Source of the DNA: an uncultured Planctomycetaceae bacterium
GTDB lineage: Bacteria; Planctomycetota; Planctomycetia; Planctomycetales; Planctomycetaceae
Direction of reading: 5' to 3'
Length of the DNA: 64,000 bases
Assembly: GCA_963976765.1 (NCBI GenBank)
Contig: CAXBME010000005.1
Location: 1-64,000, forward strand
The notes under the pieces were generated by a model, which searched no databases, had not been told where the DNA came from, and saw only the letters and a list, made by a program, of their open reading frames with translations. The position numbers were made by a program, and so were the translations under genes. This document shows, one piece after another, positions 16,708-27,770 of the stretch. Positions within the stretch are counted from its first letter, which is position 1. Each line of letters starts with the position of its first letter.

Positions 16708-17101
16708 CAAATAGAGTGATCTGCAACAACGGTGGCTGCGGTGCATCAGCGCAGACGATTGGACAATACAGCCTGTGGTTAACGCCGACATCAGCGGGCG
16801 TGAATTCAACAATGCTTTCTGATACTTCAAGGTGAAACCGGGCATCCATACGGGGCTCCGTTGTTCCCTGACGCTGCTGAAGGTCACCTGTCATTCTGAC
16901 GCGGTTGACGGCGCTGGCCAGCGAGTCGTGGCTGCCAGAGAAAACGGCCCCGACGGATGGAGAGCCAGTGCCATGATTGGCTCTGTGTGGCCGGTGCATC
17001 GGGCGAGAATCCGTACGGTGTCGATGTCACGCGGCGGAATTCTGAGTTCACCAGGACTGAAATGCGTCATCGATCGTTGTAGAATCTCGGACGCTATCTG
17101 A
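16704..17101 (+). pseudogene. Probable disrupted small gene
   Basis: ATG overlaps the previous stop. A protein-like frame DDWTIQPVVNADISGREFNNAF*YFKVKPG... carries an internal TGA and needs a frameshift from the start. Confidence 0.25.
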
Positions 17102-17476
17102 AAACATCCGATTCCTTGAGGAGTAAGCCGGAAAAGACATATCCGACGGCCAGGAGCTGTCACCAACACAATTTGATTGACGCGTGAAGCGTCAGCGTTG
17201 CTTTATCCAAAACCGCCAACCTGAGCCCTCGGGCTCTTGAACGACAGAAGCAGCACTGAAGCCACGTCTCCGTATGGGGGCGTCGGCCGGTGTTGTTCTG
17301 TCGTGCCTCTTGGCGGAGGTTGGATGAGCGGCCTTGGTTCGGCGCCCTCTGCTATGCGCTGACCACTGTGACCTCTTCCTGCCCCGGCCGGAACCCTGTC
17401 TCAGGACGTTGATCGCTCACACTTTTTAGAGCGACGGAATCGCTGAATGCGGTTCCCCTGACAGGAGAACGAACAG

Positions 17477-18325
17477 ATGTCTGAGCAAGTTACAGCCACC
17501 GATCTTCCACAGTCCGACGGTGGCTTCCGTCGGCCGTGGGTTATGTTTGGTGGAACGCTGTTGGCAGGTGGGGTCGCCGTTAATGCCCTGAATGATCTGG
17601 CGACGCTGACCGGGCTCACGGAACGTGACGGTGTGCTGAATGTAATCGGAGGTCTATCGGTGACCGCCGGCCTGTTCATGTCACTGTATGGAGCAATGGA
17701 CAAGGTTTGGTTCAATCGTGGCAAGGCTGTGAAACCTCAACCTCGACTACGAATGGCGCTGCTGGGACTGATCGGCCTAGCGGTTGTACTGATTCTGCTG
17801 TCGCTGCTTGTGCCAGCAATTTCAGCTGCGACACAGGCTGCGAAGGACACGGCTGCCGCGGAGCCGAGTGTCCTGCAGAGTGCCGACGGGTTCTGCGAAA
17901 TGACTGTACCAGGCGGCTGGGGGCCGAATGCAGACCTGGCTGCTCTGCAACCAACACCGGCGATGCAAGTGTCCGATCCAGCCGGGAACATCGCACTGAT
18001 CGTTCGCCACGAAGCAAAGATCGACCTGCGGACAATGACGTTGGATGAGTACACGAGCCTCAACATCAAGAGCATCACTGACGTCCTGTCAGATGTCACG
18101 CAGAGTCGCATTCTCACGGTGGAGCTCGGTCTCCACATGGCAAGAACAGTCGAGATCACAGGGACCGAAGGGGACAATCGAGTGACATATCGCTTGTCGA
18201 CGGTTGAGGCCCCCGATCGTTACTTCGTCATCCTGGGATGGTCAGCACCGTCACACGCCGATGACGCCCGGAACAGATTCAACTCGATCATTTCGCGGTT
18301 CCGCGTGCTCAATTCTGCTCGCTGA
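17477..18325 (+). CDS. Membrane protein with a C-terminal PsbP/DcrB-like domain
   Basis: Three TM segments ending in ILLSLLVPAISAATQAAK, then MTVPGGW...FNSIISRFR, a PsbP-like pattern. AGGAG RBS. Confidence 0.7.
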   Translation: MSEQVTATDLPQSDGGFRRPWVMFGGTLLAGGVAVNALNDLATLTGLTERDGVLNVIGGLSVTAGLFMSLYGAMDKVWFNRGKAVKPQPRLRMALLGLIGLAVVLILLSLLVPAISAATQAAKDTAAAEPSVLQSADGFCEMTVPGGWGPNADLAALQPTPAMQVSDPAGNIALIVRHEAKIDLRTMTLDEYTSLNIKSITDVLSDVTQSRILTVELGLHMARTVEITGTEGDNRVTYRLSTVEAPDRYFVILGWSAPSHADDARNRFNSIISRFRVLNSAR

Positions 18326-18427
18326 TTCGCGCCGCACATACGCAGCTGCCACAACCAAACTCTGCTTGATCGACAGGTGGAATTCCGTTGTCTGCATATG
18401 AGGTTGGCAAGACAGGAAGACTTAACG

Positions 18428-19552
18428 ATGAACGAGCATTACGATGACATTCAGGCTGGCGCCGGCAAACTTTCAGCAGACAGTGAGACGCCGTCAACCA
18501 CTCGACAGAAGATTGCGAGCATCGCGAGAACCATATTCGGGTTCTTCATACTCGTGAGTGGTCTTGGCTATATCGTGTTGGGGGTGATTTTACTTACCAC
18601 CATCGAATGGACCTGGCCGCACCTCGCTTTGTTTCTGGCAGCGGGAGTTGGACTTTCCTTTGTAGTTGGGCTAATCGCCAATTTAGTTGACAGCTTCGAG
18701 TCGCCGCAACTCCATTTGATGCCGTGGGACCGGCCGTGGCGGTTTCTGCTCAGCTACCCGCTGTGGACGACGATTGCTTTCACCTGCATCGGGGGCAGCT
18801 ACGGCTTCTTTCGAGACGGGGCGTCGTTAAGCACTCTTCGGTGGCCCGTCTACAGTGCGGTCGCCGGGATGTTCTCGACGCCGTTCTGGTGTTTTCAACT
18901 TCCGTGGCTACGAGCTTTCTTCCGGATACCACACGTCACGATGATGGTGTCGATACAGGGCGCAGGCATTGCCATTGGCGTGTGGTTTGTCAGTGACTCA
19001 CTGCCGCAGGCTGCGTGGGTAGGTCTTTGCGGGTTCGTCTTCAGTTTCATGACGTCCACAAGATCGAAGGATGCCGTTGCCGATCCCGACAAAGTCAGGC
19101 CGATCATCGCTGACCTGCTGGCAGCAGGCGGAGAATCAACCCGCTCGGCGGCGATACTCATCAACACCGCAATTGAGCCGCACCCACACGACGCCTGGCT
19201 CCTCTACGCCCGAGCTGTCGTTCTCACGAGCAACTGCCCGCCGAGTCTCGGCTTCAGCGGCTACTCACCCAGCCTCACCAACCGAAAGGCAGCGATCGAC
19301 GACCTGGACCTCGCGATCGATCTCGACGCCTCACTGCCAGACGCATGGCTGCTCCGAGCACGGCAGAAGATATTCTTCATGGACATCAACGCTTCGAAGC
19401 CAGAAGACTCGCCAGCCTTCGATGACGAGAACATCCTCGCCGACTTCGATCAGGCCGTGAAGCTGGCTCCGAACCGAACCTACGTCCTCGACGCACGCTG
19501 CCAGTTTCTGGAGAACCGATTCAACGAAGACTCCGGAGCCGAGGTCAACTAA
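18428..19552 (+). CDS. Multi-pass membrane protein with TPR-like C-terminus
   Basis: About 6 TM segments; AIDDLDLAIDLD..AWLLRA and LADFDQAVKLAP are TPR-like. Confidence 0.75.
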   Translation: MNEHYDDIQAGAGKLSADSETPSTTRQKIASIARTIFGFFILVSGLGYIVLGVILLTTIEWTWPHLALFLAAGVGLSFVVGLIANLVDSFESPQLHLMPWDRPWRFLLSYPLWTTIAFTCIGGSYGFFRDGASLSTLRWPVYSAVAGMFSTPFWCFQLPWLRAFFRIPHVTMMVSIQGAGIAIGVWFVSDSLPQAAWVGLCGFVFSFMTSTRSKDAVADPDKVRPIIADLLAAGGESTRSAAILINTAIEPHPHDAWLLYARAVVLTSNCPPSLGFSGYSPSLTNRKAAIDDLDLAIDLDASLPDAWLLRARQKIFFMDINASKPEDSPAFDDENILADFDQAVKLAPNRTYVLDARCQFLENRFNEDSGAEVN

Positions 19553-19781
19553 TCGACAGGAAGCGAATTTGCCGAACCACATGCCGACTACACACTGGCT
19601 CGTGGCCAGCTACGGTTGGCACAGGATGAGATAAAGGCAATCAGAGATTTCACTCGGGGCATGCAGCCTGATGCTCGTAGTGTGAGTCAGTCGGAAAGAT
19701 TGGTTTGCTACTTTTCTTTCAGAGGGCTGGACGTTCACGGTGCGAGCCTTTTGGGGCATTGTCTGATTGGGACGAGCCGAC

Positions 19782-22700
19782 CTATGGTGATTCCGGCTCA
19801 TTGCGTTTCTGAGCCCCTTTGGCAGCAGCGTCATCTACTATTTCGCCACTTCCAGAAGCAAATGCTGGCTTTCGTCTGAATTTTCGGAGGACGACGTAGA
19901 AGACTGGTGTGAGGAACAGGCCGAAGATGGTGACGCCGAGCATGCCGCTGAAGACGGCCGTTCCGAGTGCCTGACGCATTTCTGATCCGGCTCCGGTAGC
20001 GATCAACAGGGGGATCACGCCGAGGATGAACGAGAACGCGGTCATCAGGATGGGGCGGAGTCGGAGTCGGCAAGCTTCGATGGCAGCATCGAATCGGTTC
20101 TTCCCGGCGTCTTCCTCGGCTTTGGCGAATTCGACAATCAGGATGGCGTTTTTGCATGCCAGACCGACGAGCACTACGAAGCCGATTTGCGTCAGGATGT
20201 TGTTGTCCATGCCTCGCAGCCATACGCCGAAGATCGCGAACAGCAGGCACATTGGCACGATCAAAACGACGGCCAGTGGAAGCAGCCAGCTTTCGTACTG
20301 AGCGGACAACGCCAGAAACACGAACAACACGCATAGCGGGAAGATGTAGATCGCTGTGTTGCCGGCTGCTTGTTGCTGGAAGGCGATGTCCGTCCATTCG
20401 TAGCCGAATCCTGGCGGGAGATGTTCCGTGGCGAGTTGTTCCATGCGGGCGATGGCCTGACCGCTGCTGTACCCCGGCAGCGTGTCGCCATTGATGTCTG
20501 CGGCTGGGTAGAGATTGTACCGAACGACTCGGTCGGGAGCCGTCGTTTCCCGCATGGTGACCAGTGATCCGAGAGGCACGATCGCCCCGTTGTTGCTGCG
20601 AGTTCGCAGGCGGCTGATGTCGCTGCCTTCATCGCGAAAGCGGGCGTCGGCCTGAGCGGTCACTCGGTAAGTGCGGCCGAGGAAGTTGAAGTCGTTGACA
20701 TAAGCTGAGCCCAGATAAATCTGCAATGTTTCAAACACGTTGTTCAGCGGAACGTCCATCATTCGCACTTTGGTCCGATCGATGTCGGCGTAGAATTGCG
20801 GCGTGCCGGAATTGTAATTGCTGAAAACCTGCACCATGCCGGGTTCCTGTCGAGCAGCGGCGACCAGCTTGTTCGTCGCTTCCTCGAGGGCCGCCAGTCC
20901 GGCTCCCGACTTATCCTGCACCTGCATTTTGAAACCGCCGCCGGTCCCGATGCCTCGCACGGGCGGAGGCGGGATCACGAAGACAAACGCGTCTTCCACG
21001 GTGGCCACTTTCTGGCGAAGTTCGCCCAGCACCACATCCAGCGTTCTGCCTTTCGTAGCTCTGAATTTGGCGTCTTCGAGGACCGGGAAGATCGCGGCGG
21101 CGTTGGAACTGTTGGCTCGTGTTGCGCCGGAAAATCCGACAAACGACACAGCATCTTTCACGCCATCAATTTCGACGGCCAGCTTCGAGACTCGACGAGT
21201 CACTTCATCCGTTCGTTCAAGGTTGGCTCCCGGCGGAAGTTGTATTGCCACGATAAGGTAGCCCTGATCCTGAGCCGGAATAAATCCCGTCGGAACCTTC
21301 GTGAAGCCAAAGTACGTCAGGACAAGCAGTCCGCCGTACATTACGAAGACGGCAAGACCCATCCGGACGACTCGACCGATGACACACGCATATCGTTCGC
21401 TGGTGAAGTCGAACGCGGCGTTGAACATGCGGAATGGCAAGCCGAGCACTTTCTCGATGAGCTGTCCGACTCGTCCCTTCTTCGCTTGCTGAGGTTTCAG
21501 CAACAAGGCACAAAGGGCCGGAGTCAGCGTCAACGAAACGAAGGTTGAGATCGCTGTCGACACGGCAATCGTGATGGAAAACTGGCTGTAAAACTGGCCG
21601 CTGATGCCAGCGATAAAGGCTGTCGGGACGAACACCGCAATCAGAACCAGCGTCGTCGCGATCAACGCCGAGCCGACTTCATCCATCGCCTTACGAGTGG
21701 CATCTCGCGGCGAAAGTCCTTCGGCGATCAACCGCTCAACGTTCTCGACGACGACGATGGCATCATCCACGACGATCCCGATTGCCAGGACCAGGCCGAA
21801 CAGCGAGAGATTGTTCAGGCTGAAACCAATTCCCTGCATGACGGCGAAGGTGCCGACCAGCGAAATGGGGATTGCGATTACGGGAACGATCGTCGACCGC
21901 CAGTTCTGCAGGAAGATGAACACGGTCAGAATCACCAGGACTCCGGCCTGCCACAGCGTCGTGAAGACTTCGTCGATCGATTGCTCAACGAACGCCGTCG
22001 GGTTGTAGGCAACCTGATAGTCGAGTCCCGGAGGAAAGTCCTTCTTCAGTTCGGCCATCGTGTCCAGGATTCGTTCGGCGGTCGCGATTGCGTTCGAGCC
22101 TGGCCGCTGGAACATTGCCAGGGCCACTGCGTTCTTGTCACGCAAGTAGCTGCGAACGGAATAGTCGACGGCTCCGAGTTCGATGCGTGCTACATCGCTG
22201 AGTCGCACCAGTCGGCCCGCTTCGCCGGACTTCAGAATGATCTCGCCGAACTCTTCCGGCGTCTGCAAACGGCCCAGCGTGTTGACGTTTACCTGGAAGC
22301 CGCCCTTGGGTTCTCCCAGCGGCTGTTGACCAATGATGCCCGCTGCGACCTGCACATTCTGGCCGCGCATGGCCTCAACGGCGTCGCCAGGTGTCATGTC
22401 CAGCGCGGCCAGTCTTTCGACATCCAGCCAGACTCGCATGCTGTATTCGGTGCCGCCGAAAACGGTGATGTCCCCAACGCCGTCCTGCCGAGCCAGCACG
22501 TCGCGGATTTGCAGGTACGCATAGTTGCCGATGTAAAGCTGGTCGCGAGAATCGTCCGGCGAAAACAGATGGACGACGAGCATCAGATCGGGAGAACTTT
22601 TGCGAGTTGTCACGCCGATCTGACGCACTTCGCTCGGTAGTCGCGGTTCAGCAATCGACACGCGGTTTTGGACGAGCACCTGGGCGGCGTCGATGTCGGT

Positions 22701-22997
22701 TCCGAGTGCGAACGTGATCGTAATCAGCAGCGAACCGTCGGCCGTCGCCTGCGATTCCATGTAGAGCATGTTCTCGACGCCGTTGATCTCTTGCTCCAGC
22801 GGCGTGCCGACAGTTTTGGAAATCGTTTCTGCCGTTGCCCCAGGATAGCTGGCGCGGACCGTGACTGTCGGCAGAGCCACTTCGGGATACTGACCAACGG
22901 GAAGCTGGAAGTAAGCGATCGAGCCAACCAGCACGACAACCGTGGACAGCACCGTGGCAAAGATCGGTCGGTCGATGAAGAAGTGAGGGAACTTCAT
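19782..22997 (-). CDS. RND efflux permease (HAE1, AcrB/BepE-like)
   Basis: FFIDRPIFATVLS, LAIGIVVDDAIVVVENVER, KNAILIVEFA, RLRPILMT. Confidence 0.97.
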   Translation of the reverse strand: MKFPHFFIDRPIFATVLSTVVVLVGSIAYFQLPVGQYPEVALPTVTVRASYPGATAETISKTVGTPLEQEINGVENMLYMESQATADGSLLITITFALGTDIDAAQVLVQNRVSIAEPRLPSEVRQIGVTTRKSSPDLMLVVHLFSPDDSRDQLYIGNYAYLQIRDVLARQDGVGDITVFGGTEYSMRVWLDVERLAALDMTPGDAVEAMRGQNVQVAAGIIGQQPLGEPKGGFQVNVNTLGRLQTPEEFGEIILKSGEAGRLVRLSDVARIELGAVDYSVRSYLRDKNAVALAMFQRPGSNAIATAERILDTMAELKKDFPPGLDYQVAYNPTAFVEQSIDEVFTTLWQAGVLVILTVFIFLQNWRSTIVPVIAIPISLVGTFAVMQGIGFSLNNLSLFGLVLAIGIVVDDAIVVVENVERLIAEGLSPRDATRKAMDEVGSALIATTLVLIAVFVPTAFIAGISGQFYSQFSITIAVSTAISTFVSLTLTPALCALLLKPQQAKKGRVGQLIEKVLGLPFRMFNAAFDFTSERYACVIGRVVRMGLAVFVMYGGLLVLTYFGFTKVPTGFIPAQDQGYLIVAIQLPPGANLERTDEVTRRVSKLAVEIDGVKDAVSFVGFSGATRANSSNAAAIFPVLEDAKFRATKGRTLDVVLGELRQKVATVEDAFVFVIPPPPVRGIGTGGGFKMQVQDKSGAGLAALEEATNKLVAAARQEPGMVQVFSNYNSGTPQFYADIDRTKVRMMDVPLNNVFETLQIYLGSAYVNDFNFLGRTYRVTAQADARFRDEGSDISRLRTRSNNGAIVPLGSLVTMRETTAPDRVVRYNLYPAADINGDTLPGYSSGQAIARMEQLATEHLPPGFGYEWTDIAFQQQAAGNTAIYIFPLCVLFVFLALSAQYESWLLPLAVVLIVPMCLLFAIFGVWLRGMDNNILTQIGFVVLVGLACKNAILIVEFAKAEEDAGKNRFDAAIEACRLRLRPILMTAFSFILGVIPLLIATGAGSEMRQALGTAVFSGMLGVTIFGLFLTPVFYVVLRKFRRKPAFASGSGEIVDDAAAKGAQKRNEPESP

Positions 22998-24427
22998 GAC
23001 TCACTCCTTTCTGGCTGATTCGGTGTTCCATTGCTCGGCTCCTTGTACGGTTCGGCATTGGATTCCACGTCGGTCGGAACTTCGGCAGGCTGCCGCGACA
23101 GCCACTCGTCTTTGGGAACCGGCTTGTATTCATCCGGCAGGTCTTTGTCCTTCACCGCTTCAATCGTTTCTTCCGTTGGCTTGACGGTCACACCGGGCCG
23201 AATTTGCTGAAGTCCGCGAGTCACAATCCGCTCCGAACCGTCCAGTCCAGCGCGAATGACACGCAACCCATGAGACAGCGGACCTGGCGTAATTTTCTTT
23301 CGCTCGACCGATCCATCTTCACCGACGGCATACACAAACTTTTCCGACTGATCGCTGCCGATGGCGCTGTCAGGGATCAACACGGCGTCGTACCGACCGC
23401 TGCCTGGCAGTCGGACTCTGGCGAACAGTCCTGGAGTGAGCAGCCCGTCTTCGTTGGCAAGGATCGCTCGGCCGCGCATCGTTCCGGTGTTGGGGTCAAT
23501 CTGGTTATCGACAAAATCCATGTGGCCTGTGTGCGGGTAACCTTCTTCGTCGACCAGTGCCAGAAAGACCGGATTCTTGACGTCGCGTGAGCTTTCCCGC
23601 TTTCCTTCACGAGCGAGCCGGACGTACTTCAGGAAGTCCTGTTCGTTGGCATCAAAGTAGCAATGGATCGGGCTGGTCGAAACGATCGTCGTCAGCAAGG
23701 TTGACTGATTCGATCCTCCGCTGATCAGGTTGCCTTCCGTCACATATCGGCGACTGATCCGACCGCCCACCGGTGCGCGGACCTGCGTATATTGAAGATT
23801 CAGAGAAGCCGTCTCGACGTTCGCTTTGGCCGTTTCGATGGCCGCCGTTGCTGTCGCGATGCCCGCATTCGCCGATTCGACTTTTGCGTTGGCTGCTTCG
23901 ATCGCGGCGGCGGCCTGAAGCTGCTCGCTTTCAATGACGTCGACCTCGTCTTTGGAAATCGCGTTGCTTTCAAGGAGTTTCATTGCTCGTTCGAGACGGC
24001 TATTGGCAAGATTCAGTTGTGCGTCCGAGTCAGCTTTTTCTGCCAGAGCCTGCTTCTTCAGCGAATGGGCTTCCGATAGCCGTGCCGTCGCTTCTTCCAG
24101 CCGTGCCTTCGCTCCGTTGAGTTCAGCTCTGAAAGGTCGCGGATCAATGATGGCAAGCAGATCGCCTTTCTCGACCATCTGCCCCTCGTGGAAGTGCGTT
24201 GTTCCCAGATAGCCACTGACTCGTGCCCGCACCTCGACGGAATCAATGGCGTCCAGTCGCCCGGTGTACTCATCCCATTCGACAATCGGCATAACGACAG
24301 GCCGTGCAACGGTCACAGGAGTCGGCGGTGGAGCTGCAGCGGGACTTCCGGCCTCCTGGTTGCAACCCGCAATGCCTATGACGAGGACAGTAGAAAATAA
24401 GAATAGCGGAGTTCGAATATTATTCAT
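22994..24427 (-). CDS. RND periplasmic adaptor (MFP), lipoprotein
   Basis: Lipobox IAGC; VEVRARVSGYL, VRAPVGGRISR, DFVDNQIDPNTGT. Confidence 0.95.
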   Translation of the reverse strand: MNNIRTPLFLFSTVLVIGIAGCNQEAGSPAAAPPPTPVTVARPVVMPIVEWDEYTGRLDAIDSVEVRARVSGYLGTTHFHEGQMVEKGDLLAIIDPRPFRAELNGAKARLEEATARLSEAHSLKKQALAEKADSDAQLNLANSRLERAMKLLESNAISKDEVDVIESEQLQAAAAIEAANAKVESANAGIATATAAIETAKANVETASLNLQYTQVRAPVGGRISRRYVTEGNLISGGSNQSTLLTTIVSTSPIHCYFDANEQDFLKYVRLAREGKRESSRDVKNPVFLALVDEEGYPHTGHMDFVDNQIDPNTGTMRGRAILANEDGLLTPGLFARVRLPGSGRYDAVLIPDSAIGSDQSEKFVYAVGEDGSVERKKITPGPLSHGLRVIRAGLDGSERIVTRGLQQIRPGVTVKPTEETIEAVKDKDLPDEYKPVPKDEWLSRQPAEVPTDVESNAEPYKEPSNGTPNQPERSES

Positions 24428-24768
24428 GATGTGGTTCTTTTCGTTGCGAGATGACCGGGCGACGTTCTCTGACCTGGCATTTTTTCGTTGTCGCACTCCG
24501 GAGCAGCCTGGCGGCAACGAGGCGAAAGTTTCTGCGGAGTCGGTTCAAGCCAGTCCGCAAAGAGTCGGCTCAGGGCCGGCATGATCACGTAGGTAAGCAA
24601 CCCAACCATCGACGGAACCAGAATCGCGGCCTTCAGCGGCGACGGAGCATTGCCAATCCAGGGGTCGAGAACGGTAAGCAGCACGATGATTGTTGGGTAG
24701 GCTCCGGCCATCGTCAGAACTGCCAGACGATGGCGAGAAACATCAGGTGCGGTTTGAGTCTTCATCAT
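24424..24768 (-). CDS. Small membrane protein leading the RND operon
   Basis: Two TM segments (…LLTYVIMPALSRLFADWL); stop overlaps the MFP ATG. Confidence 0.7.
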   Translation of the reverse strand: MMKTQTAPDVSRHRLAVLTMAGAYPTIIVLLTVLDPWIGNAPSPLKAAILVPSMVGLLTYVIMPALSRLFADWLEPTPQKLSPRCRQAAPECDNEKMPGQRTSPGHLATKRTTS

Positions 24769-24871
24769 AGGATTTCGTCGCAAATTCAGTAGTCGGTCGC
24801 CGATGCCGTGTGACCGAACTTGAGCGTCAAAGGCGTCGTTGAACCATGTATTTTTCCGTGCTTCACGGGGG

Positions 24872-24899
24872 TGGACACGAAAGCGATGGCAACCTTACA
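24872..24899 (-). promoter_or_regulatory. ECF-type promoter TGTAAGG-N15-TGTCCA (RND operon)
   Basis: One of four copies with identical 15-nt spacing. Confidence 0.7.
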
Positions 24900-24931
24900 G
24901 ATAAATTGGTGATCTTATTTTTAATAATCGC

Positions 24932-24959
24932 TGTAAGGACTTCCGAGCTGTCACGTACT
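24932..24959 (+). promoter_or_regulatory. ECF-type promoter TGTAAGG-N15-CGTACT (SDR genes)
   Basis: Divergent partner of the 24872-24899 copy. Confidence 0.7.
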
Positions 24960-25017
24960 CCCTTCCAGCAGCCACAATCGTGGTGAATCAAGCAAGTCCC
25001 GAATCAAGGAAAATGTG

Positions 25018-25767
25018 ATGAACTTCGAAGTCGAGAACAGAACGGTATTAGTCACAGGCGCCAACCGAGGCATTGGAAAAGCAATTCTGGAAGAGGCTCT
25101 GCACCGCGGCGCCACCCGAGTTTACGCGGCTGTGCGAAACGTTGATTCAGCCAGTCCGCTGGTCGCTGAGCATGGTGACCGAGTGGTCCCAATTCGCCTC
25201 GATCTGGACGATTCCGCCTCGATCATCGCTGCCGCTGAATCAGCTACCGATGTCGAAGTCGTCGTCAACAACGCAGGCGTGCTGAAGATGTCCAGCGCTG
25301 TCGCCGACGACGCGATTGAATCGCTGGAGTTTGAAATGAACGCGAATGTCTACGGGCTGATCCGAGTCGCTCATGCATTCGCCCCGGTCTTGAAGGCCAA
25401 CGGCGGCGGAGCCCTGGTGCAGCTCAACAGCGTCGCCTCCGTCAAAACATTCGCAGACTTCGCCACGTACTGCGCATCCAAGGCGGCAAGCTATTCGATC
25501 ACTCAGGGGTTGCGGGAGTCGCTGAAGGAACAGGGCACGCACGTCGTAAGCGTTCATCCGGGGCCGATTCAAACGGACATGGGAGATGCAGCCGGCTTCG
25601 GAGACATGGCCGAATCTCCTTCCCTCGTCGCGAATGCGATTTTCGACGCGATCGCCGAAGGTCGCTTTCACGCCTGGCCCGATTCAATGGCCACCCAGGT
25701 CGGCGATGCCTATCAAAGCTTCGCCGAAAACGTCGTCGAAGCAGACATGCAGGAAAGCGTCGCGTGA
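25018..25767 (+). CDS. Short-chain dehydrogenase/reductase
   Basis: TGANRGIG, NNAG, YCASK, HPGPIQTDM. Confidence 0.95.
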   Translation: MNFEVENRTVLVTGANRGIGKAILEEALHRGATRVYAAVRNVDSASPLVAEHGDRVVPIRLDLDDSASIIAAAESATDVEVVVNNAGVLKMSSAVADDAIESLEFEMNANVYGLIRVAHAFAPVLKANGGGALVQLNSVASVKTFADFATYCASKAASYSITQGLRESLKEQGTHVVSVHPGPIQTDMGDAAGFGDMAESPSLVANAIFDAIAEGRFHAWPDSMATQVGDAYQSFAENVVEADMQESVA

Positions 25768-25942
25768 CCGCGTTCTCTTTGTCGGGCGGTGGTGTTTGGT
25801 TGCCAGAATAAGTCGCCAAATTCGTTCGCCGAGAAACTTTGCCAGACCTGCCAATCCTGACCGGATGGCTAACGTGGCCGTCCTGCCCGACGAGGCAGTG
25901 CTGGTTGCTTTTTCATAAACAAGTAGTTCATGAGTTATTTGA

Positions 25943-26650
25943 ATGTCCAATGAAAATAAAGTCGCCGTGATCACGGCTGGTGGCTCCGGCATGGGGGCCG
26001 GGGCAGCACGCAAACTGTCTGCCGACGGTTTCAATGTCGCTATCCTGTCCTCATCCGGCAAAGGCGAGGCGTTGGCCAGCGAGCTTGGCGGCGTTGGTGT
26101 TACGGGCTCAAATCAGTCGAACGACGATCTGAAGCGTCTGATCGACGAGGCGATGCAACGGTGGAGCCGAGTCGACGTGCTCGTAAACAGCGCCGGGCAT
26201 GGACCACGGGCACCGGTGCTTGAGCTGTCCGACGATGACTGGCATCGCGGGATGGACGTGTACTTTTTGAACGTGGTCCGCCCGACTCGGCTTGTAACGC
26301 CGATCATGCAGAAGCAGCAAAGCGGCGTCATCATCAACATATCCACATTCGCGGCCTTCGAACCCGATCCCGTTTTTCCGACATCCGGCGTGTTCCGTGC
26401 CGGACTGGCCGCCTTTACGAAACTGTTTTCGGACAAGTACGCCGCCGACAACATCCGCATGAACAACGTACTGCCCGGCTTCATCGACAGCCTCCCCGAG
26501 AAGGAAGAGTTCAGACAACGTATCCCGATGGGCCGCTACGGAAAGACACAGGAAATCGCCGACGTGATTGCGTTTCTGGCTTCCGACGGAGCAGCCTATA
26601 TGACCGGACAGAACATTCGCGTCGACGGCGGAATCACGAGGTCAGTCTGA
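25943..26650 (+). CDS. SDR family oxidoreductase
   Basis: TAGGSGMG, VNSAG, PGFIDS, TGQNIRVDGG. Confidence 0.95.
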   Translation: MSNENKVAVITAGGSGMGAGAARKLSADGFNVAILSSSGKGEALASELGGVGVTGSNQSNDDLKRLIDEAMQRWSRVDVLVNSAGHGPRAPVLELSDDDWHRGMDVYFLNVVRPTRLVTPIMQKQQSGVIINISTFAAFEPDPVFPTSGVFRAGLAAFTKLFSDKYAADNIRMNNVLPGFIDSLPEKEEFRQRIPMGRYGKTQEIADVIAFLASDGAAYMTGQNIRVDGGITRSV

Positions 26651-26725
26651 GACTTCTTTTCCGATCGTCGAAGAGGATGGCAAGCTGAAGTCACAACCAG
26701 CGACAAAACATACGGAAGTAGAACA

Positions 26726-27145
26726 ATGAACGAACCCACCACAGTTTCAAAACACGTTCGTCATCCGAAGCTTGCGACACCGGCGAGGTTTCTGTTCGCC
26801 TTGTTCCTCGTGTCGACGGGCCTGATGACGATCATGTTTGGCGTTCAGGGCTACCCGCTCCCCGACGATCCATCACCATTCCGCGACTTCATGAAGGCGC
26901 TGGCCGACACTGGCTACATCATCTTCTGGGTTGGGCTGGTCAAGTTAATCGCGGGCAGTCTGTTGTTCGTACGTCGAACCACACCGTTGGCCTTGTTGAT
27001 TGCGCTGCCGTACACCGTCAACATTCTGCTGTACTGTATATTCATCGCAAACCAGTACCTGCTGCTGGGGATTCCTGACTTTCTCTGTAACACATTTCTT
27101 ATCTACGCATGGTTCGACTGGTACAAAGGCAGCTTTGAAGATTGA
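26726..27145 (+). CDS. DoxX-like membrane protein
   Basis: Four TM segments; FMKALADTGYI...PLALLIALPYTVNILLY. Confidence 0.75.
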   Translation: MNEPTTVSKHVRHPKLATPARFLFALFLVSTGLMTIMFGVQGYPLPDDPSPFRDFMKALADTGYIIFWVGLVKLIAGSLLFVRRTTPLALLIALPYTVNILLYCIFIANQYLLLGIPDFLCNTFLIYAWFDWYKGSFED

Positions 27146-27209
27146 CGCCACGTACGGCAACGTCCAGCTTCTCGACAAGTCTGACACAATGTCCTTTGCG
27201 ACAAACCAG

Positions 27210-27770
27210 TCACGAATGCGACTTTCCCGTCGATCCCCAGTTGTCACGATTGAATTCCTCCGACTCACCGCGAGGAATCGTCAGGACAGTCCAACTGTCG
27301 CCGACGTGAAGTCGAGCGATCAAGACAATCTGTCCGATGTGATAACAGGTGTGGCCCAGGGAACGTTCGATGGCCAGCGGCACGGAATGCGGGACGCCCC
27401 GAATTTTCACCGTTTCCGATACGTCGTCAATCGAGAGACTGTTGAGTGCGGAAAACAGGCACTGCCAGCCCGATTCCCAGCACTCCATCACTTCGTCACG
27501 GCTTTGAAACGAATCGATGAATTCATCATCGCGCTGACGCCATGGTTTCTCTCCGTCCGACTCAAGAAAGTCGGTCCATCTCGTACGGAGATTCCCCGCA
27601 ATGTGCTTCATGATGACCGCAATTGAGTTCGTTTCAGCGTGTAGCGAACGTCCGAGCAGTTCATCCGACACTTGCTCAACCGCCCGCTCACACAGTTTTT
27701 TGTTCGCCTGAAACGTATCGAGCGTCGATGAAACAAACTCAATTTCGACAGCAGCGTTTTCGTCAGTCAT
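27210..27770 (-). CDS. DUF1572 / DinB-like protein
   Basis: NSIAVIMKHIAGNLRTRWTDFL..DGEKPWRQRDDEF; HTCYHIGQI. Confidence 0.9.
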   Translation of the reverse strand: MTDENAAVEIEFVSSTLDTFQANKKLCERAVEQVSDELLGRSLHAETNSIAVIMKHIAGNLRTRWTDFLESDGEKPWRQRDDEFIDSFQSRDEVMECWESGWQCLFSALNSLSIDDVSETVKIRGVPHSVPLAIERSLGHTCYHIGQIVLIARLHVGDSWTVLTIPRGESEEFNRDNWGSTGKSHS

